Part shown: piece by piece, positions 28,701-43,700 of the stretch | How the letters are laid out: every line of letters starts with the position of its first letter | Numbering within the stretch: the first letter of the stretch is position 1 | From: Mobula hypostoma | Lineage: Eukaryota | Assembly (NCBI RefSeq): GCF_963921235.1 | Contig: NC_086108.1 | Location: 56,670,001 to 56,734,000 of the forward strand | Length of the DNA: 64,000 bases | Reading direction: 5' to 3' | The notes under the pieces: model-generated | Seen by the model: the letters and a program-made list of their open reading frames with translations, nothing else | Database searches by the model: none | Told to the model about the DNA's origin: nothing | Made by a program: the position numbers and the translations under genes

Positions 28701-31700
28701 AAGAGATTGCACAGCTGTAACATAGCATGACAGCTATATTATCTTGTGTTACAGTGTGAAAACTGGCAAAGAACAAAGATTTCCAGCAGAATCCAGAACC
28801 AGCAATGTCACTGTCCCCAGACACCATCTTAAAGACGCCTTGGTATACAAGGTTTGGGTGCAAGCTGTGAATGCATTAGGAAATGCAACGTCCAAGAGGT
28901 TGACTTTTGAGCTCAATGATATAGGTAAGAGTTATAATTGAAATAGTTACAAATGTATTTTACTATCTGTAATTTCAGGGCTCGCAACTCTGGTTCAGTA
29001 GGCGTATAGTACATTTAAGCAATTTACTGTTGAGCCACATCGTTAGAAATGTGCAGTCTCCCCATTAACCATCATCTCATTCCTGAGGGCAAATGCATTT
29101 TTGTGAACAAGACTGGATTTAGTTGTAATGAATCACAACACAGAACAAACCAAAGGGCTTATAAACTGTGGCCATTCACAGCTGTCTACAACTGTGTTTT
29201 AGACGGGTCGTATTATGCATGGAGGCCGGTGACCAGTGGTGTGCCTCAGGGATGTGTTCTGGGACCCCTACTCTTTGTGATTTTTATAAGTGACCTGGAC
29301 AAGGAAGTGGAGGGATGGGTTAGTAAATTTGCAGATGACACAAAGGTTGAGTGTGGAGGGCTGTCAGAGGTTACAGTGGGACGGTGATAGGATGCAAAAC
29401 TGGGCTGAGAAGTGGCAGATGGAGTTCAACCCAGATAACTGTGAGGTGGTTTATTTTGGTAGATCAAATGTGATGGCAGAATATAGTACTAATGGTAAGA
29501 CCCTTGGCAGTGTGGAGGATCAGAGGGATCTTGGGGTCCAAGTCCGTAGGACACTCAAAGATGCATTGGCCTTCATCAATTGCGGGATTGAGTTTAGGAG
29601 CCAAGAGGTAATGTTGCAGCTATAATGGACTCTGGTCAGACCCCACTTGGAGTACTGTGCTCAGTTCTGGTCACCTCACTATAGGAAAGACTTGGAAAGC
29701 ATAGAAACGGTGCAGAGGAGATTTACAAGGATGTTGCCTGGATTGGGGAGCATGCCTTATGAGAATAGGTTAAGTGAACTGGGTCTTTTCTCCTTGGAGC
29801 GATGGAGGATGAGAGGAGACTTGATAGAGGTGTAAAAAATAATGAGAGGCATTGATTGTGTGGATAGTCAGAGGCTTTTCCCCAGGGCTGAAATAGCTAG
29901 CATGAGAGGGCATAGTTTTAAGGTGCTTGGAAGTAGGTACAGAGGAGATGTCAGGGGTAAGTTTTTTTACACAGAGAGTGGTGAGTGCATGGGATGGGCT
30001 GCCAGCAGTGGCAGTGGAGGCAGAAATGATAGGGTCTTTTAAGAGACTCCTGGATGGATACATGGAGCTTAGAAAAATAGAGGGCTATGGGTAAAGCCTA
30101 GGTAGTTCTAAGGTAGGGACATGTTCAGCACTGCTTTGTGGGCTGAAGGGCCTGTATTGTGCTCTATGTTTTTCTATGTTTCTATGTTTCTATCCCAATT
30201 TACTCTTGCTGTCACCTTGACATATGTAAAAGAGATGACGAAGTGGATTTCAGTTTGGGACCCATGTGTATGCTGTTCTAAGCCAGCATGAAGGTGTTCA
30301 TAATGATCCAATGGAGCTCAAGTTCCATTTACCCCAGATCTGCTGTCAACACAGAAATGTGAGACCAGGTGGGGATCAGGAACTGTTCAGGAAGCAAGTA
30401 ATGCTTTAAAAATCATCTGAAATCATAAGGAATTTCCAACCCTGAGTTCCAGAGCCACCTTGATACAAAATTTTCTGTAATTTGAAACCATGGCCCCCAG
30501 TGACAGAGGACTCAGTCAAACTCTCCACTTGAAAGGAATTACTTCGGACTCCACAGAAGTTTGTCAGGTTACTGGTGGAGGCCACCAGTGGGTATGCTTA
30601 GGTGTAACTAACCCAAGGAGTACTGTGACCTTGATCATGAACATAGAGGTAAGTGCAAAAGCTGCAAACATATCCTGCATGTGTCTGCTAGGTTGAATGT
30701 CCTTTGAATTTCTTCTGGAGGACTGCCATAACCATAGCAGAAAATTAGAATGTCTGAAGCACTGCAAGATGGAATTCTGCACTAATAGAACCTGACACAA
30801 AATAAATTCCCCAAGACCAACTTTTACAGAGGAGGGGAGAAAGTTGGGAGAATTATAATCTAATTTCAATACCAATTTCTAACAATGTCTTCCATTCAAA
30901 TAGTTGTGCCTGACACTCCGGAAATCATAAAAGCTGAATTTATAAACAATTCATCATGCAAGGCTATTATTCACTGGAAAAAATCAACACCAAGTGCAAA
31001 ATGTGATGTTGAAGTGAAATATAAAGTAACTTCAGAGCCAGAAATCAGCTGGACTCGGGTAGGTTCCGAATTTGTTGCAGAATTCAGATTTACATTGTTT
31101 ATACTGTTCTTTTTTGTCTTTCTGGTCCTCCCTGGACAGGATTAGTAATAAATTTTCACCAAGAGTAACACATGGTGTCAGTTTCTTTATTTAGAGAATC
31201 TTTATTTATAAGATAATATTCACAAATGGAAAAATTGTACTGAATGGAATTGAAATTGTAATTAACCTCTCTCCCTCCTGCAACTGTCATGCCTTTTATG
31301 TTACTTTTAACCAACAAATATGCTCCTGCAGAACTTCTAGGAATCATTTCAACCTTGAATTTGGTACAATGGATGTGGTGGGGTGGAGGAATCTTGAGAC
31401 AAGCTTTATTGTTTACTTTTGAAAACTTTGTTGTAGTTCTGCATTTTCCTCTCCTCTGTGGGTTCTGACGTGGCAGATGAAGCCAGTGAGGGAGCCGCAG
31501 ACTGTGCCACAGTTGGGGCAAAAGGTGCTTGATGGAGAGGTAGTATAGGAGGTGGAGTGCCCCTCTGGCATTCACACAAGGCTTCTGTATGTACTTAGAG
31601 CATGAATCAATACGTGGAACTATTACAGAGACTGGGATGTCTCAGGGGCAGGAATGGCTGCTGAGTGTGTTAGGCTTGAGATGTTTCAAAAAAGACAGGA

Positions 31701-34700
31701 AGGTGGGGGTGTGGCATTGCTAATCAGGGATAGAGTCACTAAAAGGAGGAAGTCATGGAGGGATTATCTACTAATTCGGTGTGGGTGGAAGTCAGAAACA
31801 GGAAGGGGCAATAATTCTACTGGGTGCTTTTTATAGACCCCCCAATAGTAACAGAGACATTGAGCAGCAGATGGGGAGGCAGATTCTGGAACAGTGCAAC
31901 AATAATAGGGTTGTTGTGATGGGAGATTTTAACTTTTCTAATATTGACTGGCATCTCCTTAGAGCCAGGGGTTTAGATGGGGTGGAATTTGTTAGGTGTG
32001 TTCTGGAAGGTTTCCTGACACAATATGTAGATAAGCCAACTAGATGAGAGGCTGTATTTGATCTGGTATTGGGAAATGAACCTGGTCAGCTGTCAGATCT
32101 CCCAGTGGGAGAGCATTTTAGAGGTAGTGATCACAACTCTATCTCCTTAACCATAGCACTGGAGAGGGATAGGAGCAGACAATTTGGGAAAACACTTGAT
32201 GAGGGTAGGGGGAAATATGATGCTATTAGGTAGGAACTTGGGAGCAGATGAGCCATGTGAGAATAGGACCAATCAGGTGCAATAGTGGAAATGTGTGCAT
32301 GGAGTAGGAGGAGGTATTTAATGAATACTTTGCTTCAGTATTCACCAGAAAAAAAGGACCTTAGCAATTGTGGGGATGACTTACAGCAGACTGAAATGCT
32401 TGAACATACAGACATTAAGAAGGAGAATGTGCTGGAGCTTTTGAAAGGCATTAAATTAGATAAGTCACTGGAACTGGACAAGATATACTCCAAGCTACTG
32501 TGGGAAGTGAGCAAGGAGATTGCTGAGCCTCTGGCGATGATCTTTGCATCATCAATGGGAGAGGGAGAAGTACCAGAAGATTGGAGGATTGCAAATGTTG
32601 TTCAAGAATGGGGGTAGAGATAACCCAGGAAATTATAGAACAGTGAGTCTTAATTCAGTGGTGGGCAAGTTGTTGGGGAAGATCCTGAGGATTTATGAGC
32701 ATTTGGAGAGACATAATCTGATTAGGGATAGTCGGCATGGCTTTGTCAAGGACAGGTCGTGCCTTACAAGCCTGATTGAGTTCTTTGAGGAATTAACAAA
32801 ACACATTGATGAAGGTAGAGCAGTGGATGTACTATATATGGATTTCAGAAAGGCATTTGATAAGGTTCCCCATGCAAGGCTCATTCAGAAAGTAATGAAG
32901 CATGGGATCCAAGGAGACCTTGTTTAGTGGATCCAGAATTGGCTTGCTCACAAAAGGTGGTGGCAGCTGGTTCGTATTCTGTATGGAGGTCGGTTACCAT
33001 TGTTGTTCTGCAGGGATCTGTTCTGGGACCTCTGCTCTTTGTGATTTTTATAAATGACCTGGATGAAGAAGTAGAAGGTGGGGTTAGTAATTTTGCTGAT
33101 GCCACAGAAGTTGGGAGTGTTGTTGATAGTGTGGAGGGCTGTCGGAGGTTACAATGGGACATTGATACGATGCAGAACTGGGCTGAGAAGTGGCAGATGG
33201 AGTTCAACCAAGATAAATGTGAAGTGGTTCATTTTGGTAGGTCATATTTGAAGGCAGAATACAATATTAATGGTCAGACTCTTGGCAGTGTGGAGGATCA
33301 GGGAGATCTTGGGGTCCGTGTCCATAGGACACTCAAAGCTGCTGCGCAGATTGATAGTGTTGTTAAGAGGGCATATGGGTGTTGGCCTTTGTCAACTGTG
33401 GGATTGAGTTCAAGAGCCGTGAGGTAATGTTACAGTTATATAAGACCTTTTTCACGCCCCACTTGGAGTACTGTGTTTAGCTCTGCTCGGTCACCTCACT
33501 ACAGGAAGGATGTGGATACTGTAGAGAGAGTGCAGAGGAAATTTTACAAGGATGTTGCCTGGATTGGAGAGTGTACCTTATGAGAATAGGTTGAGTTAAC
33601 TTGACCTTTTCTCCTTGGAGCAACAGAGGATGAGAAATGACCTGATAGAGGTGTTTTAGATGATGAGAGGCATTGATCGTTGAGGGACTTTGAGGCATTG
33701 AGCGGCTTTTTCCCAGGGTTGAAATGGCTAAGACGAGTTTTAAGGTGCTTGGAACTAGGTACAGAGGGGATGTAAGGGCTCAGTTTTTCACACAGGGAGC
33801 CATGGGTGCGTGGAATGCAGTGCCGGTGACAGTGGTGGAGACAGATACAATAGGGTCTTTTAAGAGACTCAGCTAGCTACATGGAGCTTAGAAAAATAGA
33901 GGGCTATTCGGTAGGGTAACTCCAGGCTGTTTCTAGAGTAGGTTACATGGTCAGCACAACACTGTGGGCCGAAGGGCCTGTAATATGCTGTAGATTTCTA
34001 TGCTTTATGTTCTATGATATTATATTTTTTCTCAGAGACTTTGAGAATAGTTTTGAACCACTTTTGCAGTCTTCTTTTTAATTTCTTAGGAACGGTGTGC
34101 CTTTTTCAGGAGTTTGGTATTGTGCGTGCAAATGATATGGTTTGTCCATTGCAACTGATTGACTGTAATTAGATCTACCACGGGATATTAATTTTACATT
34201 TGGTGGTACATCTCCAGTGTTTTGAAGTGCCTACTATGAGTGGTCAAAGTCTCTAAAGTGTGTAGCCAGGTAGGAATCAACACTTCCTGGTAGGGCCTCC
34301 GTTCTGGTGTGGAGACAACAAAAATGAACAGTTTTCCACTTGTCTTTCAAATTACTTCCATTTCAGTAGGAAGAATTTTGGAAGTGAAGTGCAGCAGTGT
34401 GTTGAGAAAGGTGAAGAAATTAGCAGCAATGGTATAGCCTTCAGTCCAAAGTGGATTTGGTTCTGTGGCAGGCTCACTGTGGTCAGTTAGTCTCACAGTC
34501 AATGTGTCTTCACATAGCAAAATATGGGATGGAAACCATTTTCTAAAGGCTGTGAAGCTTGAGTGGATTCTCTAGATTCCTCCAAAGATACATTGTACTG
34601 TCTGCCGTAGGGAAGGCCTATCAGACTGTTATCAAAGCTTATCTGACTTTCATGAGAGGAGTTCAGCCATCCTTAACTAGTTTGGACTACATTTGGTTCC

Positions 34701-37700
34701 AGGCACAAAACAATGTAATTGACTCTTAAACATCCTCTGACGTGATCTATTAAGACGCCTGTTAAGGGGAAAATATGACAGATATGAATGTTAGTCTTGC
34801 CAGCCGTGCCCACATCCTGAAAAAAAATAAAGTTAATCTGAATCTTCCCCTTAACCTGCGGTGCAACACTTTAATATTAGTGCAAAATTCAACTGGGTTT
34901 TCTTCAGTGTATCTCTTTTATAAACAGAATAATGACAATTATATATTATGCTCCTTTGAACAGATAACTGAATAATGTGCATATGCGTTGTGATAACAAA
35001 GGTACTGCGCTGTGAGATTTTATTGTGTGGCAAGCACTGTCATATGACAATATATTTTAATGCCGTGGATTTAAAATGAGATGATTTTATGGATTGTTTT
35101 CCTGTCATCTATTATAGATTGCTAAGAGTAATATCACCGGCAATTCGAGCTATCTCAGCCATTGTGAACCCTTCAGAGAATATGAATTTCAGATCCGCTG
35201 CATCCGTGTTCAAGGCTATAAGTACAGCAGTGAGTGGAGTAGGTCATTCATCACCAAAACCCCTGAGGCAGGTGAGTTGAAGCAATTCAGTGAGATAATA
35301 AAAACAAATATATACCCATTAAACCCATCATCATGTATGTTAAATATGTACAACAATGGTCATTGAGCAAGTGTGTGTGTGTTGATGGGGGAGATTAGAT
35401 GTGGACTGTAAATTTAATGTTGTATACAATTGCTTCAAAAGAAATGTCTTAATACAGAAGAGATTATATTTGGTGATCTTAGATTGGGTTCCCTTTCTCT
35501 TCAGACCATAAAAACTTTAAGTTTTCTGTTTAGTTGGCTATATCCTACCCTGATCATTAATCTCCATCAATTTTTATGCACCACCTTTCCTAACACTTCA
35601 GCTTTCCTTCCTTGTCTCCCCACCCATTACTCCCACTTCTTGCTATTTTAACACAAGAGATCTTTCTGATATTATGTGAGATCTAATTACTTGAACACAA
35701 GAGTATTTCAAAAATTCATGTTGAAACCGGCATTCCCTTGGGCACTAGGAGGTTAGAATATATTGATGTTGACTAAGCAATGACTAGGTCTCAAGCAGAT
35801 GATTACCTTGTTACAAGTGAGGGGTGTGGCAGTAAAGCAAGCATTCCTTACATGTGAAATTACAAGCATTCATTGTATGGTACTAGGCCCTATTACTGAG
35901 TGTGGCCCAAGAATCCAATACGTTGTCTGGGATCAAAAGGTGGTAGTAGTGGCATTGCTGGACTAGGAAGGGAGGGAAACATCTACTGGTGATGCTGTTG
36001 TGCGCAGTATTCAGTGTTAGTCACTGGAAGTACACATCTGGATTTTGGATATACTTGGGGGTCAAATGTAACACTTGCTGTGATCAGCTAGCCTTCCAGT
36101 GGTCATTTGGATGCTGCTCTGCGGAGCTATTACTGTTCATGAACTACTAAGTTCAGGTTAATAAGAACAACAAAAAAAAAACAAATAAATCTCTTGCATC
36201 GCATGGAACTTTATTCAATTCCATCATGCCAATATTTTTGCTGTTTACTTAAGTACTTTCAGATTCAAATTATATGGCAATGTATTTGTGAACCTTCTAA
36301 TTTAAGAAAGGAGTGTGATCCTATTGAGTGTCATTGCAGGTGTGAAGTGTAAACTGGAGAAAGCGGTTCATTAACAGTTCATCAGTATAACCCCTCAACT
36401 TTCAGTCCCTGTGCAAAACATAATTTTTCCATTAAATGCAGCATCATTGGCTTTGAAGGAGAAGAATGTGGAGGATAGGGAGATCAGTGTAGAGCATGCT
36501 AATTTGCTGGGGCATTTTGAGATAAAGATAGAGGTAGTATTGGATCTTTTATGAAGTTCAAGTTAGACCACGCGTGGAATATTGCATTCATTTCTGGTTG
36601 CACCATTACAGGAAAGGCACTGAGGCTTTGGAGAAGGTGCAGAAGAGGTTTATCATGATACTATCTGGAGCAGAGGGCAACTGCTATAAGCAAAGATGAG
36701 ACAAACTTGAGTTGTTTTCTCTGGAGTGGTAGGGAGGGAACGTCGACTCAGACCATGAGAGGCCTGTGTCAGGCATTTTCATGCCTTACAAGGCGCAGAT
36801 TGGAAGTCTGTGTGGGGCACCACTCCTCGCACAGACACAAAGGCAATGTGCGATTAAGTTCCTTGCTAAAGGACATAAACGCATTGCCATAGCTGAGGCT
36901 CGAACCAGCGACCTTGAGATCACTAGACAAAAGCCTTAACCACTTGGCCATATGCCCAACCCAGAGTGGTAGTGGTAGTTGTAGAGGCTGAAGGAAGTCC
37001 TGATAGAGGTTTATAAGATTATGAGAGGCATAGATGGAGTAGACAGCCAGTATCTTTCTCCCAGGATCAGTGTCTAATGCATTTAAGGTAAAAAGGGGAA
37101 AGTTCAGAGGAGATGTGTGGGGGATGTTTTTTACACACAGTGGTGGGTACCTGGATTGTGCTGCTTGGGGTGGTGGTAGAGTCAAATACAGTAGAGGTGT
37201 TCAAGAGGCATTTGGACAGGCATATAAATATGCAGGAAATGGAAGGAAACGGACATTGTGTAGGGAGAAGGGATGAGTTTAGTTGGGCTTTTAATTACCA
37301 ATTAAATTAGGTTGGACTGAAGGGCTGTTCCATGTTCTGTGAGTCGAACTGTTATGAGCTCACACCCCTATTGTTCCACCTGCTGGAAGAGCTATTATAC
37401 GTCCAGGCCTCCCTGTCAAATGCTTGCCTTGTAGTAACTACTGTTACTGGTACTTAAATATGGTTTGTAATGACTCATTTCCCCATCACACACTCCTGGG
37501 TTTTGAAGATGCAAGATTGTTTGATGTCATTTCCAGTATACAAGTGTAAAGGAGAATAAAATAATTGTTACTCCAGATCGAATACAACACAAAGAACACA
37601 GCAAAATAAAGAACACCATAAAAATAATCTAAAAACACAGTATGTATAAATACATGAGATAGCTTATACACATAGATTGATTGTATGTCCATAAAGTGAC

Positions 37701-40700
37701 GGTAGACACAGTAGTGTCTGTACATAAGGTAACTGACAAGAAATGATAACATAGTAGAGGAGGGGGTATAGTGGAGTGGGTGGAGGTATTGGTCAGCCTT
37801 ACTGCTTGGGAAAAATAACTACTTTTGAGTCTGGTGGTCCTGCTGTAGATGCTACATAGCCTCCTTCCTGATGGGAGTGGGACAAACAGTCCATGAGCAG
37901 GGTAGGTGGGATCCTTCATGATGTTACAGGCCATTTTCCAGCACCTTCCTGTATATGTGTCCTTGATGGCATATAGGCTGCTGCAGGTGACGCACTGGGC
38001 AGTTTTGGGCAGTACCTGTTGTAGAGCTTTCCTGTTTATCACAGTGCGGTTTCCATACCATGCAGTGATGCAGTTTGTAGGATGCTCTCTACGGCACAGC
38101 TGTAGAATGATTCATGCATAAATGTGCATAGTCCAGCTCTCTTCAGCCTCCCCAAAAATTGGAGATGTTGGTGAGATTTCTTGGCTGTGTAGCATGTGTT
38201 CTGGGCCATGAGAGATTGCACGAGATGTGTACTCCTGGGTGATTGAAACTGCTCCCAGTTTCCACTGTTGTATTACCAATGTAAAATGGGCTGAGAGTGG
38301 GGTGTGAGTTCTCCTGAAGATGATAACTGTCTCCTTTGTCTTGCTGACATTGAATAAAAAGGTCATTTGCCTGGTGCCAGGCCTCAAGCTCTTCCACCTC
38401 ATCTCTGTAGGTTGTCTCGTTGTTGCTGGTGATGAACTCCAGCACTCTAGTGTCATTGGTGAACTTGACAATGTGATCGCTCAAGTGTTTGATTGTGCAG
38501 TCACGTATGAGCAGAGTGTACAGCAACGGGCTCAGTCCACAGCTGTGAGAGGCACCTGCGTTGAGGAGAGCAATTTTGTGAGGGGCATTCTTGCAGCATT
38601 TTAGCATTACCAAACTTGGTTACATTTATTTGTCTTGTACTAATTGCTGATTTTTTTTCCCCTTTTTCCCTTTCCAAAAGAAACTCACTCATTTAATTAT
38701 TTGTTTCTCTTAGAACTGAGCACTGTATATTGTTTTAATGTCATGTTAAAGCGCAACATTCATTTGATTTCTCATAAAGCTTACTTTCATTCTTTGGGGT
38801 TTCTTGTTCCATGGATGTCTGCGAAGAATTTCAGGTGGTATACGACATACATTCTCTGATATTAAATTGAACCATTTGAAGCTTCTAACACTCCTGTCAT
38901 TCTCAGCCCCTTTAGTGTCTGTACCTCTACCATGTCAGACATAGCCGCTACTTGTCATGTGACTTGTATGGTAGAATGCCCTTAACAAGCCCAATCAGAC
39001 TCCAGCAATCCTTAAACAATCCTCAACATAATAAGAGAACAGAAAGTAACTTTGCTTGAACTCCTGGCTTGTTCTCACCTGAAATTTGCAGTCATCAATA
39101 ACGCATTAGTGACAAGATCTATAAATCCATTCATGCTGGGTGCATTTCATCCTTGCCTATATTGAAGAAGATGTTTATAAGTATCTGTATCTATATGTTC
39201 GGGCAAATATAATGAAAGTCCACGCGACAAGGTTCACTGCCCTGACCTGTAGACATACTGTATGAAATGAGTTATACTGTCACAGTTGAAAGTGTGGAAA
39301 TGTAATACTTAAAAGAGTTAAAATTGAATTGTGTTTCTGTTAAAAGCCATTATTCCAGCAGAAAACGTTATTTTTCTTCCCTGATTAATTGTTGCAGAAC
39401 CAGTGGGAGTTTTAGATGCATGGAGTTTACATGAGCCAGCCTATCTGAACAAACATAGAAAAATAATCATCTGCTGGAAGGTTTGTTGAACACTTCATAC
39501 CTAGAATGTTGTTATAGTCAAAGGCACAAATAGCCATCAGCAGCAATGCTTTCATACATTATGTTCGGACAAAGGGCTGTAATGAAAAATTCCTGAAGTT
39601 ATTTCTGTCAAAATGCTTGTTAGCACCCAGTATAAGTGGTGATGCATTAAAATGGGATGTGGGTTATTTTACCTCTAATTACATTTTTGGCATTTAAAAG
39701 TAATCCAAACAAGATGGAAATTTAGTATAAATTCAGTTCCAAAGTGCAGAATTCTTTCCTGGATCTGTCTTTCAGTGCTTGCAAGTAAATATCTTGTAAA
39801 TATGCCACAATATCCAGAAAATGTATTTTTCATTTGCTCCCAATACTTGTCTGCATGGATGAGTGTAGTGACTAACATGGCTACCTACCTTCCACTGTCA
39901 TTTCAAACTATGCTCCTGATTGAAAAACACCCCACAACTTTAGTGAGATTCCTTCACAGTTCCTGGTGGGGTTGCCTTTTCCAGAGCACACCGCTCAGAG
40001 AAAGCAAGCCTGTTCTTGATGCTGCTCTTCTTACAGACAGCCGGACTTTCCGCAGAGTTTTGAAGGCAGCATTTGCAGAGCAGGTTTATTTCTGAAGAGC
40101 AGCTTTTTTTCTGATATCCAATTCCTAAATACCCTGTATTCTTCATACACAGAGATAGATCTGCTTAATACATTGATGCAAATTGAAATAAACTGACAAG
40201 GATAAATCAATTTTCCATGGTACTCTTCCAAAATGAGTGTGACAGAACGTGTTCCCACTGATACTCCTACCTATAGTCCCTGCCTGTTGCCTTTTGCCAG
40301 GTACTTCTCTATACACAGAATCTGTCTCCATGCTGTCCTTTAAATCAGTGGTCCCCAACCTCCGGGTCACGAAGCATGCAGGGGTACAGCGGTAGCTGGA
40401 GTGCACCCAGCACGTCTTTAAGAAAAAAGCCGAAATAAACAAGCTAATTAATTAGGTGCCACCCGGCACGTAAATGTTGGCCCAGATCAGAGGTGAGTGC
40501 CGATTTCACTTGCTCTACATAATGTTCACGCCTCTTTCCAGGGCGCTGAAGCCTTTAGCTGTTCCATTGTTTGGTCAATTTAAACACCAGCCCAGACAGG
40601 CTGAAAAGACAGAGCTGTCAGGATCGAGGTGACATGCTGAATCTACACAAACTTCTAATAACGTATAGGCACTGCCATGCTTTCTTTGTAATGACAGTTA

Positions 40701-43700
40701 CATGCTGGTCCCAGGACAGATCCTCTGACACTTTTCAGAGAGAGAAACGTCAATCCTTAATGCCGAAGAATTTAAAGTTATTGACCCTCTCCACCTCAGT
40801 TTCTCTAATGAAGACTGGCTTCCGGGTGGCAGCTAATTAATTAGCTTGTTTATTTCGGCTTTTTTCTTAAAGATGTACTGGGTGCCTCCCGGCTACCGCT
40901 GCACCCCTGCATGCTTCGCGGCCCGGAGATTGGGGACCACTGCTTTAAATTATCCACCATTTAGGAATGGTGAGTGCAGGTCTGGTTGAAAATGAGCATA
41001 TTGCTCTTTGGTTTGGTATTAATTTTGCACATCAAATTTCCTTTAGCTGGATTGGATAAATATTGCAGAAACATTTCAGTGTTGGCAACGAAATGCAAAA
41101 TGATCTCCTGTGGGACCATGTAATTGCTCCAAGTTAACTGATTTTAAGAGAGCTCCCTCTTGTGACAAACTGTGAGATTACAGAATTTACAAATCTAATT
41201 TCATTTTTGACTTCTGCCTTCCCTTTCTCAGTTGCACTGTGAAGACAGTGAGCCAACAGTTTTGTGAGGCTCTATGGAGGATGGTAATGAGGCTGAGACA
41301 GCTCTTCCATGAGGCCAGTTTTAGTGCTATCAAAGTTGAAGCAGAGAGCTTGCTGCTGTGCCCATCCAACCCCCCCTGGGTCTGCGCTTTTTCATTTGCG
41401 GCTTTGAGAAAAGAGCTGAATGAGTTCTTGCCAGAAATATGCAGGAACCTCACAATCTGTGCAAATCAGGTTCCTCTGATGTCTGCATGACCCTGCTGTA
41501 ATTTTGAAATGTCAGCGGGTTGAAAGGGAGCTCTGGCCATTTATCCATGTTTATTCATTCTTCAGGGTAGTGGAGTTACTGGCAAGGCTAGCCTTCGCTG
41601 TCCATTCTTAAAAATGATAGCAATGAGCCATTGCCTTGAACCACTGTAATTCTTCAGTGCTGTTGAGGAGAGAGTTCCAGGCTTTAGACCCAGCAATGAT
41701 GAATGGATAGCGACTGTATATGTTTACAAGTCAGGCTAATGTGCCAGTTAGGAAGGACTGGGTGGCAGACTTGTGTAAGTTGCTCATAAGGGGGGAAAGG
41801 TTTGTAAATATTTGTTTTTAGAAGCACTGATGTAAACCTCCTAAAACTGAACTCTTGCAGAGGTAGATATAGGTTACTGACTGATTGTTCTCCATGGTGA
41901 GTCCTTATGTTTTTCAACACTGCCCCACTAGTGAGCTGCCCAAATGTCAAACACTATATGGATGGTGTGATCTGAGACTCAAGTATGCATTCTGTTTGGG
42001 TCTCGACTCCAACTTCCCTCCAGTCCAGTGGAAAAGTTCACAGAAACATCCACCCCATGATTTTATTAGAGATGCAGTCTTTAAGTCTTTCCTTACACAG
42101 TTCATTTAATATGTGCATCAATCAAGCCTCAACACTGGAAGGAAAACCTGTCAATGCCGGAAATCTGAAATTTTGATGCAGTTTCTTAAACCTGAAATGC
42201 TGACAGAGTTCAAAGTACACTTATTATCAAAGAATGTACACTGCCCTACGCACAACCTTGAGATTCGTCTTCTTGCAGACGGCCACAAAACAAAGAAACA
42301 CAATAGGATCCACCAAAAAACACACACACAGCAAAGGCCGACAAACATCCAGTGTGCAGAAAAAAAGTACAAATCAGGCAGATAATAAAAGAGTAAAAAA
42401 TAATACACAGAACAAGCACAGCAGAGTCCCCAAAAGTGAGTCCACAGCTGAGGAGGCAGTTCAGCGAGGAGGTGAGTGAAGCCTGTCCAGGAGCCCGATG
42501 GTTGCAGAGTAACAACTGCTCCCGACCCTGGTCGTGTGTGACCCAGGACTCCTGCCACCCCACCGCCCGATGGTAGTAGTGAGAAGGGAGGAAGATGGGT
42601 TAAATGCAAGCATTCGGGATGGGCTCAGGTGGGGGATCTTGGCTGTTTCTCTCTCCATGGATGCCTCCTGATCTGAATTGAATTGAATTGACTTTATTTC
42701 TTATATCCTTCACATACCTGAGGAGTAAAAACCTTTACGTCTCCATCTGAATGTGCAATGTGCTAATTATAGTAATCTGTAATAAATAGTACATACAGTA
42801 AAATATACAACAGGATGGTCAATACACCTTAGAAATTCAACTGTGTCAGTGTGAATTAATCAGTCTGATGGTCTGGTGGAAGAACCTGTCCTGGAGCCTG
42901 TTGGTCCTGGCTTTACTACGGTACCGTTTCCCAGATGGTAGCAGCTGGAACAGTTTTTGGTTGGGGTGACTCGGGTCCCCAATGATCCTTCGGTCCCTTT
43001 TTACACACCTGTCACTGTAAATGCCCAGAATAGTGGGAAGTTCACATCTACAGATGTGCTGGGCTATCCACACCACTTTATGCAGAGTCCTGCAATTGAG
43101 GGAAGTACAGTTCCCATACCAGGCAGTGATGCAGGATGCTCTCAGTTGTGCCCCTGTGGAATTTGGGGACTCATGCCGAACTTCTTCAACCATCTGAGAT
43201 GAAAGAGGTGCTGTTGTGCTTTTTCCACCACACAGCCGGTATGTACAGACCACGTGAGGTCCTCGGTGATGTGTATGCTGAGGAACTTGAAGCTGTTCAC
43301 CCTCTCAACCCCAGATCCATTGATGTCAATAGGAGTTAGCCTGTCTCCATTCTTCCTGTAATCCACAACCAGCTCCTTTGTTTTTGTGACATTGAGGGAG
43401 AGATTGTTTTCTTGATACCACTGTGGCAGGGTGATGATTTCTTCTCTGTAGGCTGCCTCGTTATTATTTAAGATAAGGCCAATCAATGTAATATTATCGG
43501 CCAATGTAATTAGCAGATTGGAGCTGTGGGTGGCGAAACGGTCATGGGCGTATGGTGAGTAAAGAAGGGGGCTTAGGACACGGCCCTGAAAGTCCCTGAG
43601 TTGAGGGTCGGAGGGACAGAGGTGAGGGAGCACACTCCTACCACCTGCCAGCAATCTGATCCAGAATCCAGCTACACAAGAAAGGGTGAAGCACTCTGTT

